Virus record (IMG/VR): IMGVR_UViG_3300031227_000040 | Coordinates: 1-61,169 of that record | Length of the DNA stretch: 61,169 bases | Strand: one strand, 5' to 3' | Origin: a virus | Taxonomy: Duplodnaviria > Caudoviricetes | Shown: positions 49,501-55,067 of the stretch, piece after piece | Position numbering within the stretch: position 1 is the first letter of the stretch | Layout: each line of letters opens with the position of its first letter | Position numbers and translations under genes: made by a program | The notes under the pieces: model-generated | Told to the model about the DNA's origin: nothing | Databases searched by the model: none | What the model saw: only the letters and a program-made list of their open reading frames with translations

Positions 49501-51026
49501 AGTATAATATTCTTTATCCATTTAAGATTAAGTTATGGAAAACCCCCTCAGATAAAATGAATGAATTCTTCTTTGCTCCTGAGAATAAAAGAGCAAGAGA
49601 GTTAATGGAAGAAGCAGAACCTGGAATAATTGCTTATCGTAAGTTCTGGAATGCTCTTAGTGACATGGCTCAGAAGGGACATTGGAATCGTTATTTCAGT
49701 TATTATTTTAGTGAAAAGAATAAAGTCAGTAGGTTAAAGCATTGGGAGAATAACCCAGAGGCGGAAAGACTTTATCCTATATGGAGGAATTATCAACTTA
49801 AACCTGCAGGGAATTGGGAGGAACGAAGAGCTAAAACTAAATACTTAGATTCACATTCTGATTTAAAAGCTTTCTTCTCTAAAGGAACTGATGATGTTAA
49901 ATTAAGAGCTGACATTGATGAATACTTTAAAATAAAGAATGAGTATCCTGATGAAGGAGAAGGTTATTCTTTTTTCCTTAAGTGGAAAATACAGAATACT
50001 CTTGCTGAAAAGTTCTTAGAAAATCACATGGAGATTGTAGAATACTTCCAAAGATTTCCTAAGAAGTATGGTGACGAAGAGTCCGGGTACATGCAAGAGC
50101 TTGCAACTAAATACAATCAACTTCCAGTTGTTGAGAAAGATGCATTCTTAAAAGCTCATCCTCCTCTCTTTGATTTTCTTATTAGATTTTCTCCTCCTGG
50201 AGTAAGGAAAGCTATTAAGTTACAAAGAGAATACTTTCAAATAGTCTCTGATGATTGGGATGCGAAGAATACTTTCGTTAAAAATAACCCTATATTAAAG
50301 GAATATTGGGAAGTAAATGCTTATCCAAAAGTTTTGCTTTTAGATCCAGCTAGATTAAAGCATTATAAGGATGTTGACAAAAAAATAGTAGAGTATTATA
50401 CTCTAATTAAGACAGCAGATTGGTCATCAGGAGAGAAATTACGCCAGCTCCTACCTGATTTTTATTCTAGTCCTGGCACTGGTGAGATTGGAGAATGGTT
50501 TAAATCACGAATCTATAGAGAAGCAATGTCTGCCTGGTCTAGTTTACTTAAGAGAAACCAACTAGGAGGTATTACATTCTTTAGAGCTCTTCCTGAATGG
50601 CTTAGAAATCGTTACTTAGAAAAGCATCCTGAGTATAATCTAATGACTCAGTATCCTATTAGTCGTTTTGCAGAAGAACCTTTGAGAAAAGATCTTTTAT
50701 CCAAGGCTGCTTTAAGACTCCATTTAGCAGAACGCATGCACTATAAATATTCTCCTAATCTTCCTTGGAAAATCAAGGAAAGAATAAAGAAGGAATTTAT
50801 TAGAGCGGGAGTGTGGGAGTCTAGAGCACATTGGAAAAAGTCTGATTGGCAAAGGTATTATATGCAGAAAGCAATTAAGAAGAACAATCTGTTCGAATTA
50901 GATTTACATCATAATGCTTTGCTTCGTAAAGAATTTGAGAGACTGTCTAAAACTTGGTTAACTCGTGGAAGGATACTTCCTTTTAAGAAGAAAGTAGTTC
51001 CCCATGAAGTGGAATTAATTGACTAA
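37521..51026 (+). CDS. giant (~4500 aa) internal virion / DNA-ejection-type polyvalent protein
   Basis: Lies between capsid and tail genes. Has N-terminal YVGSAEQN (DUF3597-like), two LysM-like segments and FDY..LS..ER..R...PFW typical of podoviral ejection proteins. ATG at 37521. Confidence 0.7.
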   Translation: MTLYNLFKQQSLQLPSVSERKKLYSGYKLGEDYVGSAEQNINLTKAIEKDVRAFDSFVKSLKTPKAVEPKEDIFKKEPVLERSDPFETRELTVGKTVGDWLKENKIEFEDFQKLNPAYKTPDFKVESPFKVRVVKAPKFLKDYPELTNRTGMSIAPIKMIKEPSELEKMIKQTIPNLLKEGIRKIPKLFVGDKNIFPQITSEIAKGIKQTKEFYKQKDIEKKLADKSKAKSISWNPKSILKSLILLTQPVALIERRADKKKVELEKKEVQTLIPTIKDIISGDSKVDISRKEQLILIQPKEDNLGVEGNAARLKRSLKETADLKEDFLQKNITLVSRGDEITGFTDEKGKYEDFYELDKDVKEAEAMKVEVEALTQKIGGNTAKLQTNSDESLKWQTEMFNNLEERTEVIFSIISDPDIIKDPSLLAKIFSIFPSRSSFMLGVTKAPEETLIQTPEVKELISELEGLYTERMKEILDVASSVQAGDEAASTKFWEGLTEKEMENLERVMTLNRLIGEKDDSTKIQKTWELMEDPYFQKALLDSYEYLSEEQKKFLKPIVEVARLNAERVILWPLVNKELESQSEEVKNLITEYQSLIDSINRRVVVLGDPSVSGTLAHNLVELSETGQDYYRSIKLSELKSEADRSEFLETYERARTFKSMAKARMNFLLGLGKKTEWQPWKAYKQSLFPGGFQTYLREGGIGMDLPRIVSIPIYHAAKFGWKTMIKMWDTGLAAVSTGIIAALDITSSGFKAIIENLGALYGYEEKDVINQTTLGEYPFKEDNFLSKMWNVASFNVFNLPDASRYSDIKSIPVGERFLPENIGKWVDFKRGGYIPQVFASQYHPRAYEKKLIVETSKPFDHLPKEFMGVREEFLQLNGLTENSVLKMGQRIMVPTEAFVSPRNLLDPKLVNKLEQSLNGRLSLLAFDFLGWVKLDPLTVFWSGIGSTSKSIMKHISPKYAKQLKTRKDLLAFSKQYSKSTDIAEDLASFITGDAVAEGFLKATFPGMIEARKALTSVRVLDNLDPRILNQIEKLSQKGELWRSGFFSKTFLDDVKGKIGKEKFKVFKEGLEGLMLKGKLPEATNNIVWEVLNQYGGDGFKMIQKIIKGTPKTFTNELGKLVKSYHTAEMRQYVLRKNLDDALKGLAPSERNAVLTLSQKTPAQITLELSRMKKLGKGISFKGKLFQRAEFNSKSIEKIKRAVAETKKNLSEIESIILKGDSIIKLPNGSKIVFKFKDGGKNYYDPISKVFVIEKPGNMGVSGVLNDFYSQVGKQATKYLDNTTAYFSESTLLKRYYLSYEDIVKEIKNGNIGLGHRLTDTLVKFNGEEIKLKKFLAEIKQLAKEEPGLPFKERAWKKISKNLPNEGSFSSKKWSFEIPVNTKNSSSVVEAMLKHIKFDVLTNNKWEGMSGSEFRTMLEKVAKIDNAFIPTTVSKTVYTTLPFQYGQASKALKGYSAWGEMPTRQAMQKLLKEESKKIIKVTDPKDFRAYFEEAMSLYFMKKYDPTSYVKYKSDIFQMFENLTPQKLNQYLNSHQKIALMIFNNEKKGIQSLPPSLISLLEKFTGNADDVKNALTKFLKGRIEAEKIQILKAEKIRKLNDFRVGKIRNPEAEWQLYKKKWSLDLAINPKSEEFSVLHDILKEAPILNFKKTPYLVPKKWITRAEDNYYLRRGRSVAEHEALFLDIQQGGRQKLAQILSKKIPKTKRIVIMEDLSKSIKNVKAQTYTYLPSNTRKEIDKEVERIVSKLGREGYFVIPESHKLSKYAYNKMSEVLPPGKVSLLKRHGAGKDRFAMSEAKAVNTLKELGQYENYTMWGAISEKDIFEFWSRVPEYIPRFKYYHGTGKKFTAPIEGMKTKGTFTWMPDLRAKNLDFRREILPFIKKRKNTNAKLLAEFISSPTGAVDDLSVSAIAQAVEVLENKKRILNGIFDSKSFYIQKSKSGKKLINFKGKGKLDDLDLDSIIYFSNGKTVGNISDSIRKRAKKFIYEQKYLDRLDDAQWPANLTLGDVRADLRQAFNLHKYSDRDQFAKVFKEVLNSKGKNDSAIKKLIRQMKLDDLIELPKMERDFYVLMSDLNEAAQRGNFLSVLRSEADDAYNNLNNLKVALKRLKKLDKQGNKYIYSVKHPSIEGETATIMKAYFDKGTGTLKKIEKELPKTGGLNNFSNKFIASKIELKKVEGSVQVKVKDAITKLKSNITSLEEYVPRVESMNKVFSMFDFDSFKIRNVDDFIDAIWDISRSTPSEKALALIGDWRGKGIKKAQGAGRLEYKHVDVEKVKLVDAKIKPLLTKDVTKFIELHQITAPKFIITDKSTQVSLDILKSLKEVKADLVIFVDLKVPKNVLDKIKRKAIIDSSKFFPAKSLIANKEEVALARRVRDAFYKNQRVVIIGGKAKKVKERLIDLFPPVEAEAYKGLFHIDRMPKIRKKKYPGPTYLKRKGKTPIQTGMDKEAKEIYSKTIPSKSLADWDNYLKKPSVPRLVEEIPAERTRRITDIILDKLEDSIEQSPDFKEFWIKKVKRVIGSKVKQVKVKLPEIINFNDVENLKLLDDAGIKLYVAKTDTLRMESLLQLKKEKISIRLISEADALKLKYSYAKGVTGKTELYERLDFFKRKIHSEIKSDVRNFFKEYKKIIPFSTVSMGDLRKNTYEWLTSVYKSKGNKALIKEWKETAVKMRKTYEEQLRAIIIKEFGTLNNKAARHIFTRKLSKFDELIKMAEELKLGFGAPTKIGFVSLISKLRAGLSTAFNWIIKKSEGPLSLGEEGMLYTIKGLDMGLKATGQVVSGSFRALRTFWIWNVLFLRPAWHINNQLGDTLRGTMVSKQVRYMMDSFRTYGLISASYLSFLGRDIKSLVWPLYRYFLPAKVRKYIKVTDPLVKTKKQILKQLNLTLRPNTAKNTYALKKILSQYEVTFNPRTIKLMNTKGPQGWTSKKLFKDMTSPKYWQRNYKIPMSTVNQSTHMGLLTALEDPILGAKMWKLMKETGIGSALRKRGALMKLDLVLFANMNEKMRRLLLLDNLMKTKAMSLAKASMKVRSYLFDYSHLSRAERVFRLVCPFWSFSRFSFELYSKMLLEMGSKFYWAGQFFIKSLEEASAGLPEQFKNRVKIPFTDSFAYLPFGIIDYWSFLANPREELMRFIDNPQQLPFGLGWDPGLALLLKNLTGKKWYQTSRILKDHTGWTDEEVKAEMERDNVPNINMTIDFPTMLTSFIPVMDLAGVIFPSLFKVDQATVGDELSLIGSKPIRSAFKFFGFNIMKAEPWMEFSAIYDRTAPHLRPFLIEQTKKEGTGIYEAWENMIAKSHMIKMLNARTKDEKDKAAHDMEKFIVVSKFYELEEKQKGLGDRWIEFKAREGNLTPKALMKEHWDYDIDDSSYRREQKAKFEKIKAKSILKLVEKEYVAKISPTTEAVLDVLNIPHPDVGFAEVFETEVFDQYGTPRFDTVEEAIEKIKELKERYSVPNLIPQEIRRRMDKETLEWKARSWEAKELKKIDDSKYYAKMSVAYSYIPENVETLSAEAQRLAFAKRDAYIVKMPVEYQKRWKESQPEYIIQFRELLNTAYEKIGGIYASTQEDPYNKNYYVEFQKLPQWIRNVHFVYHPEDINVIPFKAKLFEFFQEDRAQHLKGYSSNLRNDYYFSNDSLAVKARQDMDAEELAFQKLKGELSTKIDQSYKSGSLVGYYTLFSTMPKTWQDHYWELQENSVKSGWMKQEDYDLSKEWFEFNSKVEKARIQDNENLKNGIFSSLEEKVWSDSKWDKVKAWYEKNEMNKGYVEYSKLKFKFNKETKEEGPQNYYKFINELPGEAKWYYYRHHLDSIKYIDFMAEYTDLLVNEDNTDASDFLWDEKNKVAREAFFSSHPNEKYYIEYRERIFALSKDAGEYYDLILNAPQRFQDIYFRKHPLAKLYLKEVQRYFKAITLDTENKSKGIKSKEAKEVFESKSFQKALKVWDRVDSGVFAYYTGWYEISKQVDEKGIDKWGEIYEDYIATHPAFRKQLEKRQPEKYNILYPFKIKLWKTPSDKMNEFFFAPENKRARELMEEAEPGIIAYRKFWNALSDMAQKGHWNRYFSYYFSEKNKVSRLKHWENNPEAERLYPIWRNYQLKPAGNWEERRAKTKYLDSHSDLKAFFSKGTDDVKLRADIDEYFKIKNEYPDEGEGYSFFLKWKIQNTLAEKFLENHMEIVEYFQRFPKKYGDEESGYMQELATKYNQLPVVEKDAFLKAHPPLFDFLIRFSPPGVRKAIKLQREYFQIVSDDWDAKNTFVKNNPILKEYWEVNAYPKVLLLDPARLKHYKDVDKKIVEYYTLIKTADWSSGEKLRQLLPDFYSSPGTGEIGEWFKSRIYREAMSAWSSLLKRNQLGGITFFRALPEWLRNRYLEKHPEYNLMTQYPISRFAEEPLRKDLLSKAALRLHLAERMHYKYSPNLPWKIKERIKKEFIRAGVWESRAHWKKSDWQRYYMQKAIKKNNLFELDLHHNALLRKEFERLSKTWLTRGRILPFKKKVVPHEVELID

Positions 51027-51036
51027 TATTTAAACC

Positions 51037-51660
51037 ATGAATACAGCAGAATTTATAAAAGAGTTAGGAGATTCATTCTCTGATCCTAACTATCAATTGT
51101 TCTCACAAGAAGATTGGAAAGATGTTATAAACTTCCAATTAAAAGATATTGCAGGTGATGTTAAAATTCAGACAACTACAGAAGTAACTTATGATAGCTC
51201 TACTTTACAAGTAGATATTTCTGGTGATACTTATGACAATTTAATTTCCGTTGATTCAGTCTTACTTGAAACTTCTAATGGGAGAATAGTTGAATTTGAT
51301 AATTGGACTTGGCTTCCAGGAAAGAAAGTAGTTGATATGGATCCAGATGTTTACAAGGATGCAGATAGGAATATTGATGACTATTCTAAAACTTATATTG
51401 TTTGGTCTCATTATGCTGATGAGCTAGATGATGAGAATGATACAATTCCGGTTAACAATAAGAACGTTGGCCTCCTAAAGAAACTCTGTAAAAAAGAAGC
51501 ATTAAGTAGACTCTTAATGGACAAGGTTAAATTCAAACGCTATCAAGTCTATGCGGGACAAGTTTCGCATTTTTTTGTTTTAGGTTTGATAAAGGAATTG
51601 GACAATGAAATCGAGAGGGAAAAAATGCTACAAAAAGATAATTCAATAGATACATTCTAA
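51037..51660 (+). CDS. head-tail adaptor-like protein
   Basis: Acidic 207-aa protein with helical termini, upstream of the large tail protein. Confidence 0.5.
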   Translation: MNTAEFIKELGDSFSDPNYQLFSQEDWKDVINFQLKDIAGDVKIQTTTEVTYDSSTLQVDISGDTYDNLISVDSVLLETSNGRIVEFDNWTWLPGKKVVDMDPDVYKDADRNIDDYSKTYIVWSHYADELDDENDTIPVNNKNVGLLKKLCKKEALSRLLMDKVKFKRYQVYAGQVSHFFVLGLIKELDNEIEREKMLQKDNSIDTF

Positions 51661-54188
51661 TGGAAAATATAAACGTAAATAAAAAATATGATGTAGAATT
51701 AGATTATTTTGGTTATATAATTGAACCTGCATCATTCAGAATAACTCCTGCTTCTTTATTTGGAACTAGATTTACTAGAGGCAGACCAGAATATTCTGGG
51801 TTAGATCTCTGGCAGATCGGAGCACTAACTGATTTCTCAAAAGGAATGGGCCAAGACTTCTTAGTTGATCCTTCTAGATTTTCTTTCTCCGAAGGAATAG
51901 ATATTACTACTCCGGGGGAAATTAAATTAGAAAGAGATTTAGTTGCTATAGATGGTGATCATTATCCAGCTAGTAAGGGAAAAGTTACTGCACATTATAG
52001 AAGTGCTTCAGCTATTTATCTTGGAACAGAAGATGGAAACATACTTAAGTCTACAGATGGAGTTACTTTTACTCAACATCAGGATACTGGAGCTGGTAAG
52101 ATCTATCAATTTTATGAAGTTGATGATGCCTTAGTAGCTACTAAGGGTGCAAAAGCTTCTTGGTTTTATTCTGATTGGCAAAAGATATTTAGTTATCCTT
52201 CTACTAATAAGGATGGATCCTTTGCTATTGGAAACAAATATCAATATGGACAGACATTCCAACCAACGGCAAGTAATAAAATAGTGAAAATGATAAAGGC
52301 TTATATGCTTTCAATGCCAGGTAAAGCTACTGGGAATTTGGAATGTGCAATTTATGAACTTGATGGTTCTCATCTTCCTACTGGAGACCCGGTTGCTACT
52401 GCAGAACATGGCCCACTAACTAACTTTGAATCTTATGCTTGGGTTACCTTTAGATTTTCAGAAGCAATTACATTAGATGAGAGTACTGAATACGGTATGG
52501 TCTTTAGTGTAATTGGAGGAGCTGATGAATCTGCTTTGGTTGGCAGAGATGAATCTTCCCCTTCAGATGCTGGAAGAGCCATTGAATATGATGGAGAAAC
52601 TTATACTGTTTCTACTACAGAAGCTTGTATCTATGAGATATGGAATCAAGAAGGCTCAGCAGCGTGGGCGGAAATAGGTCCTGTTAATCTTTATTTTGTT
52701 TCAGTTGAAAGTCAAATAATTTACGGATATTTTAATGATGGAGTCAGACAGTCTGAAGATGGATTGATTTGGGTTCCTGAACCACCAGATCCTTTATGGG
52801 CTTTACCTTCTGGAGATGGAGTTCCTTTATCAGCCTTAACTATTCCTCGTGGTTTCTTACTTGGAACTTCAAGGGGATTATGGATGATAAGTGCTGGTTC
52901 TTCCGGGTATGCAATAAGAGAATTTACTGGACAAGTTTCAACTGATAACTTTAGAGGATTTGGAAAGTATGATTACTTTGGAATCTTCTCTGTTGAGAAT
53001 GAAGGAATTCTCTACACTGATGGGAAGGCAACTTTTGTAACTAATATAGATTCAAAGTCTAATTCTTTTGCGTTCAGATCTTGTGCGGGAATAGAAATAA
53101 TTGGACAGGATATATTTGCTCTTGTTAAAAATTCAGATGATGAATGGTATTTAGCTAGATCAAATCAACGTTACTTTAATTCCCCCACACATTTTACTAT
53201 GGTTAAGAAATTAACTAAGACCCCTTATCATCTTTCTACGTATGGTACCGCAACAGTAAAGAAAGTATTTATTCATTATGAAGATGAGACTACAGATGTT
53301 CTTGATCTTCTTGCTGGAGTTTATCAGACATCCGGATGGTTAGAAACTTCTAAGATTGATGAGGATTTAATTAGACTTCAAAAGATGTATAGAGTAATCT
53401 CATGTGTTCTCTCTGACTCACCGGCCAGTGCTAAAGTTTCTATTGCGTATGCAAAAGATAATGAGGCTATTGGTTCGTATGAAGATAATACTTTAACTGC
53501 AACTACAGTGGAAGTTAAGAAGACTTTAGATAATGGAACTACTGGAAATAGAATTAAGATTAGAGTTAAGCTAACTAAGACTGGAATTTCTACACCAGTT
53601 GTTTCAGATATTACATGGAAATATATTTTAGAAAGACCAAGTGAAGAAACTACTTCTAAGAAGAATTTTACTTTTACAATAATAGCAGAAGATGAAATGG
53701 CTTGTTTAGATAATTCAGATTTCCCCTATACAAGGAGAGAACTAATGGATAATATTTGGGATACCAAAGATAAGAAACAGATACTGAATTTTGTTGGTCT
53801 TGATAACAAGGAGGAGGATGCTATTAAGATAACTCATACCAGCGGGTATACTGTTACAATAGATCAGGTAGATTCCACAATTAAACTTTATAATGCTAGT
53901 GGAGTCTTAGATCATTCTCTTTCATCTAATCAGACTCTCACTGCGATTGTAGTAGCTATTACTGGTTATAGTGGTTATACTTGTGTATTATCCCCCGATG
54001 CTACTGGGACAGATTCAGGGACCACATTAATGCCTGTAAGTAGTATTTCAATTAAAGGAGGAAGAACTTTAAAAAGTGGTGATTCAATTCATAAAGTGAT
54101 TATCACTTCCGGGACTCCAGCAGAGACTCATACTTCTTCTGAGGGGGCCGGTTCAGCTAGAATTAATTTATCGTTAAGAGAAATTTAA
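51660..54188 (+). CDS. tail structural protein (nozzle/beta-propeller-like)
   Basis: 842-aa beta-rich protein with S.DG..W/F repeats (KSTDGVTF, QSEDGLIW). Confidence 0.6.
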   Translation: MENINVNKKYDVELDYFGYIIEPASFRITPASLFGTRFTRGRPEYSGLDLWQIGALTDFSKGMGQDFLVDPSRFSFSEGIDITTPGEIKLERDLVAIDGDHYPASKGKVTAHYRSASAIYLGTEDGNILKSTDGVTFTQHQDTGAGKIYQFYEVDDALVATKGAKASWFYSDWQKIFSYPSTNKDGSFAIGNKYQYGQTFQPTASNKIVKMIKAYMLSMPGKATGNLECAIYELDGSHLPTGDPVATAEHGPLTNFESYAWVTFRFSEAITLDESTEYGMVFSVIGGADESALVGRDESSPSDAGRAIEYDGETYTVSTTEACIYEIWNQEGSAAWAEIGPVNLYFVSVESQIIYGYFNDGVRQSEDGLIWVPEPPDPLWALPSGDGVPLSALTIPRGFLLGTSRGLWMISAGSSGYAIREFTGQVSTDNFRGFGKYDYFGIFSVENEGILYTDGKATFVTNIDSKSNSFAFRSCAGIEIIGQDIFALVKNSDDEWYLARSNQRYFNSPTHFTMVKKLTKTPYHLSTYGTATVKKVFIHYEDETTDVLDLLAGVYQTSGWLETSKIDEDLIRLQKMYRVISCVLSDSPASAKVSIAYAKDNEAIGSYEDNTLTATTVEVKKTLDNGTTGNRIKIRVKLTKTGISTPVVSDITWKYILERPSEETTSKKNFTFTIIAEDEMACLDNSDFPYTRRELMDNIWDTKDKKQILNFVGLDNKEEDAIKITHTSGYTVTIDQVDSTIKLYNASGVLDHSLSSNQTLTAIVVAITGYSGYTCVLSPDATGTDSGTTLMPVSSISIKGGRTLKSGDSIHKVIITSGTPAETHTSSEGAGSARINLSLREI

Positions 54189-54189
54189 T

Positions 54190-54351
54190 ATGACTGAAGT
54201 AAAAGGTTATTGTGTTAAGTGTCGTAAACTTCAACCTCTAGTAGATGGTAAAGAAGTTGTAAAGAAAGTAAGAGGAAAGACAATGAGATTCTTAAGGGGA
54301 AAATGTAAAGTTTGTGGTACTAACATTGCAAAAATGTTACCTAAAAAATAA
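54190..54351 (+). CDS. DUF5679-like Zn-ribbon protein (53 aa)
   Basis: Read manually: GYCVKCRK...RGKCKVCGT; missing from the ORF track. Confidence 0.7.
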   Translation: MTEVKGYCVKCRKLQPLVDGKEVVKKVRGKTMRFLRGKCKVCGTNIAKMLPKK

Positions 54352-55067
54352 TGGGTTATAGTTTAAAGTACAGAAAGCTTAGAGCCTTAGAAGAAAGGCG
54401 CTATGCAGATTATGATTATATTAATCGCCAATCAAAGAGGAAAGAAATTACCTGGCAATCTATCACACCTAACATTCCAGGAACTGTTCCAGAGAAGATG
54501 GTTTATGATTATCTTGTACAATTGGGGATAAATTTTGAATTTCAGTATGCTTTAGCTGATGCAGCTGATACATATATGAATGAGAATAGATGGATTCCTG
54601 ATTTTACATTACCTGATTATGATGTGATAATAGAGATCTTCGGAATCTATTGGCATTCAATTCCAGAAACAGAAGAGGGAGATAAACTCAAAGCTATGTA
54701 TATGCTCAATGAAGGCTATACTAGGTATGCTAATGGAATTCCAACTTATCCTACAGGAGGATATCAAGGGAAAAGATTAATAGTATGGAGTGACTCAGAG
54801 ATTTATGTGATGGGTCCACCAGTATTATTTGCTAGAGATCTTCCTGATATAATTTTCAATCCATTAAAGAGAGGAGTACCTGCTGAATACTTACAGAATA
54901 AGGATGTTGAATTTCTTAAGAAAGAAAAAGCGAAAGCAGCACAGTCAATGCGCATGACTCTTCCTAAAATAACAAAACGTTCACTTAGTTTAATTGTTAA
55001 GAGTAGAAGAAATGTCGGAAAAGTATCCGCAAAATTACATCCTGGATCAAAAGCCAGAGCCTTATGA
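54351..55067 (+). CDS. PD-(D/E)xK endonuclease (DUF559/Vsr-like)
   Basis: PEK.VY..L..LGI.FEFQ ... IPDF.....IIEIFG.YWH. Confidence 0.75.
   Translation: MGYSLKYRKLRALEERRYADYDYINRQSKRKEITWQSITPNIPGTVPEKMVYDYLVQLGINFEFQYALADAADTYMNENRWIPDFTLPDYDVIIEIFGIYWHSIPETEEGDKLKAMYMLNEGYTRYANGIPTYPTGGYQGKRLIVWSDSEIYVMGPPVLFARDLPDIIFNPLKRGVPAEYLQNKDVEFLKKEKAKAAQSMRMTLPKITKRSLSLIVKSRRNVGKVSAKLHPGSKARAL

Noticed and set aside
37521-51026. Virion RNA polymerase call for the giant protein
   Set aside because: I found no DxDGD (multisubunit-type) or convincing T7/N4-type motif by eye; FDFDS is not sufficient.
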